A stretch of 55,413 bases of DNA from Clostridiales bacterium (lineage in GTDB: Bacteria; Bacillota; Clostridia; Acetivibrionales; DUMC01). Positions within the stretch are counted from its first letter, which is position 1. Every line of letters begins with the position of its first letter. The notes under the pieces are model-generated. The model saw only the letters and a list, made by a program, of their open reading frames with translations. It had not been told where the DNA came from and searched no databases. Location of the stretch: assembly GCA_035362115.1 (NCBI GenBank), contig DAOSDD010000001.1, forward strand, positions 1 to 55,413, in the 5' to 3' direction. Shown piece by piece: positions 36,490 to 46,239 of this stretch. Made by a program: the position numbers and the translations under genes.

Positions 36490-37818
36490 ATGAAAAAAAG
36501 AAATATAAATATTTTGCTCATTTCCTTAAGTATCCTCATATTAATAACAGCAGGTGCTTTGAATCTGGGGCAGTATATTAAACCTAAAAATCCAGATAAT
36601 AAAAATCTTGATTCTAAAAACCCTGACTTCAAAAAACCTGATTCTAAAAGTCCTGACATTAAAAATCCTGACTTTAAAAGTCCTGATTCTAAAAACCCAT
36701 ATTCTAAATTGGAATACCAAGGTGAAAGCAGCCCTGTAACCTACAGATTCCCAGGTGAGTTTGAAAATCAGCAGGCAATATGGATGCAATGGCCATCACA
36801 GATATATAACGAAAGCAGTCATCCTGTAAATCCTGTTATGATTAATATTATTAAAGCATTTGATCCATATATACGGGTAAATGTTGCATCACAGGATACC
36901 GATGAAATTGTTAGTATTGAAAATATGCTTAAGCAAAGCGGTTATACAGGCAGCAATGTTCATTTTTATGTTGTAAAGCACCTTTCTATATGGGCAAGAG
37001 ATGTGGGACCAATTTTTGTAAAAGACAGCAATAATAAATTCCATGTTGTAGATTTTGTCTTCAACAATTATAGCAGAGGTGGAAGCCAGTATTATATAGA
37101 CATAGAAAATCAGGTGCATAAACAAATAGCAAATTTATATGGTTATCCACTCATCAGTACAAACTTGATCTCTGAAGGAGGAGCTATTGAATCAAATGGC
37201 AAAGGCACATTAATGCTAACAGAGTCTGTAGCCCTTAAGCGCAACTCAAAACTCACCAAGCAGGAGATTGAAAACGAATATAAAAGGGTTCTGGGGGTGA
37301 GTAAAATAATTTGGCTGAAAAAGGGACTTGCAGAAGATGATAGTATAACAACAGGACATATTAACGAAATAGCCCGATTTGCAAACCCCGATACAATTCT
37401 CCTTGCTCAGGTTTTGCCAGCAGACAGATATACTAACTCTGATTCAAACGAATCTTATTTGAGACTTGAAGAAAATTATGACATACTGCAAAATGCTACT
37501 GATCAAGATGGAAAGTCATTCAAGATTATAAGAGTCCCCATGCCTCCTACAATTTATCAGAAGCCTGTTGAAACAGGTAAAATACCCGTGCGTAGTTATC
37601 TAAATTATGCCGTAACAAATAATGCTGTACTTATGCAGACTTATTGGAGACCAGGCCGTTCTGATACCCTTAAAGCTGCTGAAGATGATGTTAAGGCTAT
37701 ACTTGAGGGAGTATTTCCTGGACGTGATATAGTTGGAATTGATTCAGAAGCCCTAAACCTGTGGGGTGGAGGTATTCATTGTGTAACCCAGCACATGCCT
37801 GAATGCATATCCCAGTGA
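36490..37818 (+). CDS. Secreted agmatine deiminase / Porphyromonas-type peptidyl-arginine deiminase family protein
   Basis: 442 aa with a signal/anchor peptide. Family blocks are WMQWP, WARDVGPIFV and EGGAIESNGKGTLM, with the catalytic Cys in GGGIHCVTQ. Confidence 0.85.
   Translation: MKKRNINILLISLSILILITAGALNLGQYIKPKNPDNKNLDSKNPDFKKPDSKSPDIKNPDFKSPDSKNPYSKLEYQGESSPVTYRFPGEFENQQAIWMQWPSQIYNESSHPVNPVMINIIKAFDPYIRVNVASQDTDEIVSIENMLKQSGYTGSNVHFYVVKHLSIWARDVGPIFVKDSNNKFHVVDFVFNNYSRGGSQYYIDIENQVHKQIANLYGYPLISTNLISEGGAIESNGKGTLMLTESVALKRNSKLTKQEIENEYKRVLGVSKIIWLKKGLAEDDSITTGHINEIARFANPDTILLAQVLPADRYTNSDSNESYLRLEENYDILQNATDQDGKSFKIIRVPMPPTIYQKPVETGKIPVRSYLNYAVTNNAVLMQTYWRPGRSDTLKAAEDDVKAILEGVFPGRDIVGIDSEALNLWGGGIHCVTQHMPECISQ
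36586..36705 (+). repeat. In-frame 15-bp tandem repeat x8 (peptide K[NS]PD[FSI])
   Basis: Eight AAAAA[TC]CCTGA[CT]T[TC][TC]-like units from 36586 to 36705, immediately after the signal peptide. Confidence 0.9.
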
Positions 37819-37855
37819 TGAACTGGTGACCAGACCAGTTCATTATCATTTTTCA
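37818..37855. terminator. Terminator hairpin in a convergent spacer
   Basis: ATGAACTGGT-gaccag-ACCAGTTCAT forms a perfect 10-bp stem (37818-37843) followed by a T-rich tract. Confidence 0.6.
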
Positions 37856-37865
37856 CCGGCGAAAG

Positions 37866-38633
37866 CTAAAACAGATATACTGTCCTGTTGTTTAATTCAT
37901 CATAAATAATATGTGCCTCAACATCAAAAACATACCTGAACAAATCTTTTGTAAGCACCTTTTCTGGTTTTCCTGAATCATAGATTTTCCCATCTTTAAG
38001 TGCATATATTTTGTTTGAGTATTTAGCAGCCTGATTTATATCATGGAGCACCATAACAACTGTCAGGTTCAAGCTTTCATTTAAGTCTTTTATTAGGTCT
38101 AAAATTCCCGTCTGATATGACACATCAAGAAATGTTGTGGGCTCATCCAGCAGCAATATATTTGTTTTCTGTGCAAGAGCCATAGCAATATATACTCTTT
38201 GTTTTTCGCCCCCGGACAGTTTTTTTAACAAACTTCCTCTAAAATCTTGAAGCCCCGTTTTCTCTATAGCCCATGATACTATTTCCTTGTCTTTTACTGT
38301 AAATTTCTGTCCAAAACTAAGGTGCGGGAATCTTCCAAACTTTACTACATCTTCAACTGTGAAGTCATCAGGTGCCTCTCTTACTTGGGATAGTATGGAA
38401 ATTTGTTTAGCAACTTCTTTCGTATCCATTTTGTGTATGTCTTTACCATTCAAAAGGACTTTGCCGTCGCAAGGCTTAATTATTCTTGAAAAAGCCTTTA
38501 ATATCGTTGATTTGCCCGAACCATTTGGTCCAATTATAGCAGATATTTTGCCTTTTTCAATCTCCATATTAATATTATTTATAACCAGTTTTCTGCCATA
38601 ACCAAGTGATAAATTTTTCGCACATAATATCAT
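37866..38633 (-). CDS. ABC transporter ATP-binding protein (FecE/FepC/BtuD type)
   Basis: Walker A GPNGSGKST, signature LSGGEKQRV, Walker B LLLDEPT. There is a 4-nt overlap with the upstream permease gene. Confidence 0.9.
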   Translation of the reverse strand: MILCAKNLSLGYGRKLVINNINMEIEKGKISAIIGPNGSGKSTILKAFSRIIKPCDGKVLLNGKDIHKMDTKEVAKQISILSQVREAPDDFTVEDVVKFGRFPHLSFGQKFTVKDKEIVSWAIEKTGLQDFRGSLLKKLSGGEKQRVYIAMALAQKTNILLLDEPTTFLDVSYQTGILDLIKDLNESLNLTVVMVLHDINQAAKYSNKIYALKDGKIYDSGKPEKVLTKDLFRYVFDVEAHIIYDELNNRTVYLF

Positions 38634-39664
38634 TTTTTACCACCCCTTCTGCTTCTCCCCATTGCTAAAAGATACAGAAAAAATGGGGCACCAAGGGTAG
38701 ACATAATAATTCCGACGGGTATTTCAACAGGACTAATGATAACTCTTCCTATTGTATCACAAATCATAACAGTAAAGGCCCCAAGAAGAATTGAAGCAGG
38801 AAGTAAATATTTATGATCGGCTCCTCCTGTTAAAAGCCTTGCTATATGCGGTACAATAAGCCCTACAAAACTTAATAGCCCTGCAACGCTTACTGCACTT
38901 GCTGCAAGAAGAGCTGATAAAATAATGAATATAAATTTCACTTTTTCAACACGAAGTCCAAGGCTTATGGCTGTTTCATCACCTAATAAGAGTATGTTTA
39001 GTTTTTTGGCTAACAGTAATGAAAAGATTGAGCCTAAAAATGCATAAGGGAGTATCATCTTAAAATGATGCCATGTTTTTGCAGATAATCCTCCAACCAT
39101 AAATCCATAAACACCTATAGCTCTCTCAGGGTAAAATATCATCAATGCATTTATTCCTCCGCTTAAAATAGAGGAAACTGCAACGCCTGATAGTATAAGT
39201 CGTAAAGGCTGCAATCCCCCATCCCATGCCAATAGATATACAACTGCTGCAGTGCCCAGAGCACCTAAAAATGCAGCAATTGGTGCTATGAAGTAAAGGT
39301 TTGGAAATAATATAAAAATTATAAATGCTGCCAGCCCGGCTCCTGATGATATGCCGAGTATTCCGGGAGAAGCAAGAGGATTGCCCATAACCCCCTGCAA
39401 TATAACACCTGAAAGTGAAAGGCATATTCCAACAAGAGCTCCTGTTAGAGCTCTCGGGAGCCTTACATTCCATATTACCTGGTGATTTGTCGTATCTTTC
39501 TCTACGAAAATAGCTCTGAATATTTCCTGGGGGGATAACTTGACAGCCCCGTTTTCCAAACTAATTATCAAACCTGCTAAACATAGAAACACCATTAGAA
39601 CAAGAATAACTATGTTTTTAATATTCCTGTTATCTTTCAATATATTAAAGAAATTAGACTTCAT
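38630..39664 (-). CDS. FecCD-family iron-siderophore/cobalamin ABC permease
   Basis: 344 aa, about 9-10 TM segments, with glycine-rich FecCD-type blocks (LTGALVGICLSLSGVILQGVMGNPLASPGILG). Confidence 0.9.
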   Translation of the reverse strand: MKSNFFNILKDNRNIKNIVILVLMVFLCLAGLIISLENGAVKLSPQEIFRAIFVEKDTTNHQVIWNVRLPRALTGALVGICLSLSGVILQGVMGNPLASPGILGISSGAGLAAFIIFILFPNLYFIAPIAAFLGALGTAAVVYLLAWDGGLQPLRLILSGVAVSSILSGGINALMIFYPERAIGVYGFMVGGLSAKTWHHFKMILPYAFLGSIFSLLLAKKLNILLLGDETAISLGLRVEKVKFIFIILSALLAASAVSVAGLLSFVGLIVPHIARLLTGGADHKYLLPASILLGAFTVMICDTIGRVIISPVEIPVGIIMSTLGAPFFLYLLAMGRSRRGGKK

Positions 39665-39719
39665 GATTTATCCAACCTTGTTTATTGTTTAAAATAAAAT
39701 ACTCTAGCGGAATACTATA

Positions 39720-39808
39720 TTAATACTATTATGCCAGTTTGGAAAGCGATGTCTTCCGAGATAATTTTTAATAGCGCTTTCCATTGGCAACATAACAAAG
39801 TAATATTA
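39720..39808 (+). repeat. Family 2 REP/MITE-like element, short copy (about 89 bp)
   Basis: TTAATACTATTATGCCAGTTTGGAAAGCG ... CGCTTTCCATTGGCAACATAACAAAGTAATATTA. It lies between the binding-protein gene and the permease gene of the same operon. Confidence 0.8.
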
Positions 39809-39849
39809 AGTAATCTAACAAATAATCTAACAAAAAATCTATCAGCAAT

Positions 39850-41034
39850 CTATCTAAAAACTTCAGGGTACAGCGTTCTTGCCAGTTTTTCATAGGCTTC
39901 AGGATATCTTGTATTAGGTTTATAGGTATAAAGCTCCTTCTCAAGGTATATCAACCTGCAATTTCTGACAGCATCAAGAGAATTCCATGCGTTATTTTTT
40001 CCCAATTCAGTATCTATCATGTTTTTTGTTTCTTGTACGGTTCCGCCCATGCTTTCAACAAATATAAAGTCCGGGTTTTCTTCTATTATCTTCTCAAGGC
40101 TGAATATTTGGGTTTCTGCATCTAGTACTCCAAATCCTCCGGCTAGTCCACTGGCTATATTCATTGTCCCTAAATCTTCAAGCATTGAGCCTACAGAGGA
40201 ATTCGGCAGTTTTACTGTAATTCCTCTTGATGTAGCAAATAGCAAAAGGATCTTAATCGTCTTTCTCTCATTACTGTTATTCTCTAGTTCATTATTTACT
40301 GTACCGTTAACCTCTGCCCCATCACCATTAATAATCCTATTACTTTCAGCTACTTTAAAAACAATTTCCTTTACCCTGTTTACAACCTCAACCCCGTTTT
40401 TAATATAAAGATCGTTTCTTCCTGTTAACTCAGTAAAAATCTTCAATACTTTCAGATACTCCATAACATTCTGATACTTTATTGCAATATATGATATTTT
40501 GTTTTGCTTCAGCATATCAATAAGATTATTTTGTCCGTTCATTGTGGGACTTAATATAACAAGGTCAGGCTCTAAAGCAATTATCTTTTCTATGCTTGCT
40601 GCTCCTGTTTTTCCAATGACTTCTGCATCCTTTGAAGGTTCTGGAACTGTTCTTTTACTTTCCACTCTGCCTATAACCTTCCCCCCTGCCAAATCCCACA
40701 ATTCCAGGTATGAATCGTAAAGACAGACAACACGCTCAGGTCTTTTTCTAATGGTCACTCTATCATCAATAGCATCAATAAAAGATACAGTATCATCACT
40801 TATATCTATGTCATCAAGTATATCTACACTGTCAAATATATCTTTGCCATCATTTATATCTGTGTCATTCTTTTTTGAAATATGGCCATCATTTAGTATA
40901 TCACTAGTACCTGATTGAACATAAGTGGTTTTTGCTTTATCTATAGTCTTATGTCCGCACCCATTAAGGAATATGGTAAGAACTAAAACAAAAGCTGATG
41001 ATGAAATTTTTCTCTGCATATTTGTTTTTTCCAT
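39850..41034 (-). CDS. Periplasmic-binding-protein-type substrate-binding lipoprotein (FecB/BtuF class) of the adjacent ABC importer
   Basis: 394 aa with lipobox LNGCG. It shows the class III SBP pattern (RVVCLYDSYLELW, PDLVIL, PDFIFV). A D/I-rich low-complexity stretch follows the lipobox. Confidence 0.8.
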   Translation of the reverse strand: MEKTNMQRKISSSAFVLVLTIFLNGCGHKTIDKAKTTYVQSGTSDILNDGHISKKNDTDINDGKDIFDSVDILDDIDISDDTVSFIDAIDDRVTIRKRPERVVCLYDSYLELWDLAGGKVIGRVESKRTVPEPSKDAEVIGKTGAASIEKIIALEPDLVILSPTMNGQNNLIDMLKQNKISYIAIKYQNVMEYLKVLKIFTELTGRNDLYIKNGVEVVNRVKEIVFKVAESNRIINGDGAEVNGTVNNELENNSNERKTIKILLLFATSRGITVKLPNSSVGSMLEDLGTMNIASGLAGGFGVLDAETQIFSLEKIIEENPDFIFVESMGGTVQETKNMIDTELGKNNAWNSLDAVRNCRLIYLEKELYTYKPNTRYPEAYEKLARTLYPEVFR

Positions 41035-41072
41035 TGTTGCTTCATTCCTCTTGCATCTGCTTTTCTCATATT

Positions 41073-41163
41073 GGGATGCATTTAATTTAAGTGATGAAAA
41101 TATTGGTAAGGGCTATATGTGAAGCTGCTGGTAAATATTTCTTTACTATTAAAAATGCACCCC
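41073..41163 (+). mobile_element. MITE family 1, 91-bp internal-deletion derivative
   Basis: The left ~58 bp and right ~33 bp of the 289-bp element are joined at a short GCTxCTG microhomology. CTCATATT is repeated directly on both sides; the downstream copy shares the terminal C of the element. Confidence 0.8.
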
Positions 41164-41197
41164 TCATATTGTTACACTTTATTGCATTTTATTGTCT

Positions 41198-42052
41198 TCA
41201 GCCAAACAAATCCTTTTGTACTTTGTCCCAGCCTATCCTCTCTATCATAAGAGCAAGTCTCTCTCCATCCTTGGCATTTTCTTTGAAGTAGTCAATTATT
41301 TTTCCTGTTACTTCTTCAATCTCATCTACTTTGAATATTCTGTCAACACGTCTTCCTATTTGCCACTGTCTTCCAAACCTTCCTCCAATAAAAAGTGCAA
41401 CACCTGCAGTTTCAACTGTTATAGCACCAAAGGGGCATGTTTTGGAACAAACAAGGCAATTCAAGCATTTGTCCCTGTTTATTTCTGTTTTATTTTCCAC
41501 ATATTCAATTGCTTTTGTTTTGCAGGCTCCTACACAGAGCTTGCAATTTTTGCATTTTTCTCTGTCTATTTTAACATAAGCCTGCCCCATAAAACCTATA
41601 TCATTTAAAGAAGCCTTTGCACAATTATTTGGGCACCCTACCGCACCAATTTTAAGTTTTGCAGGCAGTTCCATGGCAAAATACTTTTCATGCAATTTCA
41701 TGCAAATCCCCTGTGTATCAATAATGCCATGAGTACATACAGTACCTTTGCAGGGAACAATTGGTCTGACTCTTTTTCCCGTACCTCCATGCCTCATACC
41801 TGCATCTTTCAGTTCCTGCTTTACATTATCTATGTCCTCTTCCTTTATCCACGGAATTTCAACGCAAAGTCTTGTTGTAAAACCCATATAACCTCTGCCG
41901 TATTTTTCAGCTATCTCTGAAAGCTTCTCCATATTCCGGGAATCCATATTCCCTACGTTTGTTACAACTCTTACTGAGAAATAACCCTGTTGCTGCTGCG
42001 CAAGGAAGCCCTCTGATTTGAGTTTGGCTATTTGCTGCTTATCCATTTTCAT
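41198..42052 (-). CDS. Small nitrite/sulfite-reductase-like Fe-S protein with a ferredoxin insert (AsrC/DsrA-like, COG2221 type)
   Basis: 284 aa with a sulfite-reductase-type Cys cluster (CKGTVCTHG ... GCPNNC) and two CxxCxxCxxxCP ferredoxin motifs. Confidence 0.7.
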   Translation of the reverse strand: MKMDKQQIAKLKSEGFLAQQQQGYFSVRVVTNVGNMDSRNMEKLSEIAEKYGRGYMGFTTRLCVEIPWIKEEDIDNVKQELKDAGMRHGGTGKRVRPIVPCKGTVCTHGIIDTQGICMKLHEKYFAMELPAKLKIGAVGCPNNCAKASLNDIGFMGQAYVKIDREKCKNCKLCVGACKTKAIEYVENKTEINRDKCLNCLVCSKTCPFGAITVETAGVALFIGGRFGRQWQIGRRVDRIFKVDEIEEVTGKIIDYFKENAKDGERLALMIERIGWDKVQKDLFG

Positions 42053-42318
42053 CCCCCTGAAAACCTTTAATTATTCGTAATAATATACATATATGAAGAT
42101 AATCAAACTATTTCTCGATTATAACATAGAATGCTAATAATGTGTAATGTAATTTTTAATCGAATTCTAAATCCATGTATGAAATATTCTTGTAAAATCT
42201 AGAAACTTCACTTAATTTAGTTTTTTACCCCTTTATCGAATACAAATAATTGAATAAAAAAATATGATGTGATAAAATTTTAGCAACAATTGTACATTAT
42301 GATTAAGGGGGTTTTTTT

Positions 42319-43311
42319 ATGGCATATGTTCCAGATGCAAACAGATATACCGAAATGAAATATAATCGATGCGGTAGAAGCGGCCTTATGCTTCCTGCTA
42401 TTTCTTTGGGACTCTGGCATAATTTTGGCGGCGTGGATTCCTATGAAAATTCAAGAGCTCTGATACATAAGGCATTTGATCTTGGGATAACTCATTTTGA
42501 TCTGGCAAATAACTATGGGCCGCCTCCAGGTTCTGCAGAAGAGAACTTTGGAAGAATACTAAAATCAGACTTCACAGGTTACCGTGATGAAATGATCATA
42601 TCGACCAAAGCAGGATATAGAATGTGGCCCGGGCCCTATGGTGATTGGGGTTCCAGGAAGTATATTCTATCAAGCCTTGACCAAAGCCTTAAACGTATGG
42701 GCTTGGATTATGTAGATATTTTCTATTCTCACAGACCGGATCCTGAAACACTTCTCGAAGAAACCATGTCAGCACTTGATCAAGCTGTACGTCAGGGCAA
42801 AGCCTTGTATGTAGGAATATCTTCATATAGTGCTGAGCAGACAAAAAATGCTGCAGATATTTTGAAGAACCTTGGAACACCTTGTCTTATTCACCAGCCA
42901 TCTTATTCTATGCTAAATCGTTGGATTGAAGACGGATTGCAGGATGTACTTGACTCTGAGGGAATAGGCAGTATAGCTTTTTGCCCATTGGCTCAGGGGC
43001 TTCTTACAACCAGATACCTTTCAGGCATACCTCAAGATTCACGTGCTGCCAAGTCTTGGGGATTTCTTAAGAAAGAACGTATTACTGAAGATATATTGAC
43101 AAAAATTAAGCATCTTAATGATATTGCTGCTTTAAGAGGTCAAACACTTGCACAACTGGCATTAGCATGGGTACTTAGAGGAGGCAGAGTTACTTCAGCC
43201 CTTATTGGTGCCAGTAAGGTCAGCCAAATTGAAGAAAATATAATGGCTTTAAATAACCTTAATTTCAGTAAAGAAGAATTAGATAGAATTGACCAAATAT
43301 TACAAGGTTAA
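42319..43311 (+). CDS. gpr: Aldo/keto reductase, L-glyceraldehyde-3-phosphate reductase (YghZ/Gpr) type
   Basis: 330 aa. The N-terminus Y..M.Y..CG.SGL.LPA.SLGLWHNFG closely parallels E. coli YghZ. AKR motifs are present throughout. Confidence 0.85.
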   Translation: MAYVPDANRYTEMKYNRCGRSGLMLPAISLGLWHNFGGVDSYENSRALIHKAFDLGITHFDLANNYGPPPGSAEENFGRILKSDFTGYRDEMIISTKAGYRMWPGPYGDWGSRKYILSSLDQSLKRMGLDYVDIFYSHRPDPETLLEETMSALDQAVRQGKALYVGISSYSAEQTKNAADILKNLGTPCLIHQPSYSMLNRWIEDGLQDVLDSEGIGSIAFCPLAQGLLTTRYLSGIPQDSRAAKSWGFLKKERITEDILTKIKHLNDIAALRGQTLAQLALAWVLRGGRVTSALIGASKVSQIEENIMALNNLNFSKEELDRIDQILQG

Positions 43312-43424
43312 CATATTGTAGGGGACATTTCTGTACTATGCATCTGATATTCCTTCAGCATAAAGAAATCTTCTTATATATTTTTATATTTTGAGAAGTG
43401 TCCCTTTATATTTTCACATTATAC

Positions 43425-43540
43425 TAATATTACTTTGTTATGTTGCCAATGGAAAGCACATTTCCCCGCGCAACATCTTCCCGATGCTATCAAAAATTAT
43501 CCTGGAAGACATCGCATCCAAATTGGCATAGTAGTACTAA
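43425..43540 (-). repeat. Family 2 REP/MITE-like element, about 116-bp copy, inverted orientation
   Basis: The reverse complement aligns with 31047-31225 apart from an internal ~65-bp deletion. Its TTAGTACTAC end supplies the TAG stop of the 43537-43830 ORF. Confidence 0.8.
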
Positions 43541-43830
43541 TCCTTCTTCTTTTTGTTTCGGAAAAGGGACAGTCCTCCAAAACCGCTGATTATAGCTATG
43601 TAAAAGCCAAAATCATATAACCATCCTGTATTTACAGGTTCATATACTCTTATATTCCTGTCGAGTAATCCAATTATTAATGATATGGGAGCAACCCAGC
43701 CATGCCATATCCCTGAGAAAAAGCCCGCCGGTTTCTGTGAAGTATATTTGCCATCCCCTGGAATGCAGCCGGTTAATGCAAAAATAACAAATACAGTAAC
43801 TGCAATTACTATAACAGTTTTTCTCTTCAT
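43537..43830 (-). CDS. Small putative lipoprotein/membrane protein, unknown function
   Basis: MKRKTVIVIAVTVFVIFALTGC lipobox, with GGGGTG 4-5 nt before the ATG at 43830. Two further hydrophobic segments follow. Confidence 0.55.
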   Translation of the reverse strand: MKRKTVIVIAVTVFVIFALTGCIPGDGKYTSQKPAGFFSGIWHGWVAPISLIIGLLDRNIRVYEPVNTGWLYDFGFYIAIISGFGGLSLFRNKKKKD

Positions 43831-43908
43831 AAAATCACCCCAAAACAATTAATTAATAATTATAACCGATATATATTATATCACAAAAACCATTTATAGG
43901 TATGTAGG

Positions 43909-43958
43909 TATGGAGAACTGTCCCCATATATATTTGTATATTTGGAGAACTGTCCCCC
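43909..43958 (+). repeat. Two 32-bp-spaced copies of GGAGAACTGTCCCC
   Basis: Copies at 43912-43925 and 43944-43958, in the spacer between two small minus-strand ORFs. Confidence 0.85.
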
Positions 43959-43971
43959 ACATATTTATAGT

Positions 43972-44256
43972 TCAAGCCTTTAACCAAAACCTGGTAAGCA
44001 GGAAAACAACCAAAGCAAATATTGCGCCAAATATTAACACCCACGGCAGCAATATTGAAAGCAATGCCATGAATAATGCTACATAATCTTTAAATGTCAT
44101 TAATTTTAAAGCATCTTCACTATCTTCACTACAGCCATCGCCGCTATTTCCCGACATGTTAGCTTTAGTTTCATCCATACTTTTTGAATTTATTACATTA
44201 CTATAATTACATTTATTCTTATTAATATCAGGTCTACTTCTTTTTTTAAATATCAA
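43972..44256 (-). CDS. Small hypothetical membrane protein downstream of the peptide ABC operon
   Basis: 94-aa ORF with a TTG start 18 nt after the ATPase stop codon and a C-terminal double-TM-like segment. There are no recognisable motifs, and the start is uncertain. Confidence 0.35.
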   Translation of the reverse strand: MIFKKRSRPDINKNKCNYSNVINSKSMDETKANMSGNSGDGCSEDSEDALKLMTFKDYVALFMALLSILLPWVLIFGAIFALVVFLLTRFWLKA

Positions 44257-44274
44257 AAAGTCAACACCTCATCA

Positions 44275-45243
44275 CTATTTTGTCAAATGACATGCAGCCA
44301 TGTGTCCGCCTCCAACATCCTTAAGCTGTGGATTTTCTTTTCTGCATTTTTCAAATGCATATGGGCACCGAGTATGAAACTTACAGCCTGAAGGTGGATT
44401 CGCAGGGCTTGGAATATCCCCTGTTAATATAATCCTGTTTTTCCTCAATGTGGGGTCGGGTATGGGCACTGCAGAGAGAAGAGCCTTTGTGTAAGGATGC
44501 ACAGGGTTTTGAAAAAGCTCATTTGTCTCAGCTGTTTCTACCATAGAACCAAGATACATGACTCCAATTCTGTGGGACACATGCTTAACCACACTTAAAT
44601 CGTGAGATATAAATAGATAAGAAAAGCCAAATTCTGACTGAAGGTCAGATAAAAGGTTTATTATCTGTGACTGAATGGAAACATCAAGTGCAGATACTGG
44701 CTCGTCACATACTATAAATTCTGGTTCCAGGGCAAGAGCACGTGCAATACCTATTCTTTGTCTCTGACCTCCAGAAAATTCATGAGGGTACCTGTCCACA
44801 TGATAGGGCAGCATTCCACAACGTTCCAATATTTCAAGGACATGTTCCTTAACATTCCTTTTAGTGTACCTCCCATGTTCTATAAGGGATTCACCAACAA
44901 TATCACCAACAGTCATACGAGGATTTAAAGAACTGTACGGGTCCTGAAATACAATCTGCATTTTAGGCCTTAATTCAGTTAATTCCTTTTTATTTAATGC
45001 ATGTATATCTTTTCCTTTGAACAAAACCTTTCCGCCATCTTTTTCATATAAGCGGAGTATGGTACGCCCGGCAGTGCTTTTCCCACAGCCAGATTCCCCA
45101 ACCAGCCCAAAGGTTTCACCTTTTTTCAGTGTAAAGCTTACATTCTCAACTGCGCGGACATATCCCACAGTTTTCTGCAATACGCCGCCTTTTATTGGAA
45201 AGTATTTCTTTAAGTTTTCCACCTCTAATAGTAATTCACTCAT
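44275..45243 (-). CDS. Oligo/dipeptide ABC transporter ATP-binding protein (OppF/DppF type)
   Basis: Walker A GESGCGKST, FSGGQRQRI, Walker B, and a C-terminal Cys-containing oligopeptide-ATPase extension. The ATG at 45243 has GGAGGTG upstream, and the ORF is open to 45270. Confidence 0.9.
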   Translation of the reverse strand: MSELLLEVENLKKYFPIKGGVLQKTVGYVRAVENVSFTLKKGETFGLVGESGCGKSTAGRTILRLYEKDGGKVLFKGKDIHALNKKELTELRPKMQIVFQDPYSSLNPRMTVGDIVGESLIEHGRYTKRNVKEHVLEILERCGMLPYHVDRYPHEFSGGQRQRIGIARALALEPEFIVCDEPVSALDVSIQSQIINLLSDLQSEFGFSYLFISHDLSVVKHVSHRIGVMYLGSMVETAETNELFQNPVHPYTKALLSAVPIPDPTLRKNRIILTGDIPSPANPPSGCKFHTRCPYAFEKCRKENPQLKDVGGGHMAACHLTK

Positions 45244-45245
45244 AT

Positions 45246-46217
45246 TTACACCTCCTTGTACAGACGGCATGCTACTTTATGGCCGTTCTCAGACTTGATC
45301 AATGGAGGAAAGGTTGTTTTGCAGATTTCCATACAGTTCTCACACCTTTCGGCAAAATAGCACATCTCCGGCAGCCCTATAGGATTTGGAACATTACCTG
45401 GAATAGAGTAAAGACGTCCCTGAGTCTGATCTATTTGAGGTTTTGACTTTAAAAGACCTATAGTGTAAGGATGTTTCGGGTTTTTAAATATCTCCAATAC
45501 CGGCCCTTCCTCAACTACCTTTCCGGCATACATTACAATTACATAGTCGGCTACTTCAGCCACTACACCCAGGTCATGGGTGATAAGCATTATTGACATA
45601 CCAAATTCTTTCTTGACTTTCAACAGCAGATCAAGTATCTGAGCCTGTATGGTTACATCTAATGCAGTTGTAGGCTCGTCAGCAATCAACAGTTCAGGAT
45701 TGCATGCCAGAGCCATTGCTATCATAATTCTCTGCCTCATACCACCTGAAAGCTCATGGGGATAAGATTTGTAAATACCTTCGGCACGCGGAATACCTAC
45801 AACTTTTATCATCTCAATAGACTTTTGTCTAGCTTCACTCTTTGAGAGCTTCTCGTGCAGCATGATTTTTTCTGAAATCTGATCTCCTACAGTAAAAACC
45901 GGGTTCAAAGAGGTCATAGGTTCCTGAAAAATCATAGATATTTTACTCCCATTTATTTGATGCATTTGTGCAGTAGTGAGTTTCAGTAAATCAGTACCGT
46001 TATAAAGAATTTCTCCTTCAACAATTTTACCTGGTGACTGAATAAGCCTCGTTAGTGATAAAGCCGTAACACTTTTACCACAGCCTGATTCACCAACAAC
46101 GCAAACTGTTTCTCCTTTTTTTATATTGAATGAAACACCATTTACAGCTTTAACAATACCTGCATCAGTAAAGAAATAGGTATGAAGATTTTTAAATTCA
46201 ACAAGATTATTAGACAT
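45246..46217 (-). CDS. Oligo/dipeptide ABC transporter ATP-binding protein (OppD/DppD type)
   Basis: Walker A GESGCGKS, LSGGMRQRI and IADEPTTALD. Confidence 0.9.
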   Translation of the reverse strand: MSNNLVEFKNLHTYFFTDAGIVKAVNGVSFNIKKGETVCVVGESGCGKSVTALSLTRLIQSPGKIVEGEILYNGTDLLKLTTAQMHQINGSKISMIFQEPMTSLNPVFTVGDQISEKIMLHEKLSKSEARQKSIEMIKVVGIPRAEGIYKSYPHELSGGMRQRIMIAMALACNPELLIADEPTTALDVTIQAQILDLLLKVKKEFGMSIMLITHDLGVVAEVADYVIVMYAGKVVEEGPVLEIFKNPKHPYTIGLLKSKPQIDQTQGRLYSIPGNVPNPIGLPEMCYFAERCENCMEICKTTFPPLIKSENGHKVACRLYKEV

Positions 46218-46239
46218 ACTTACCTCCTCCTTACCGTTC

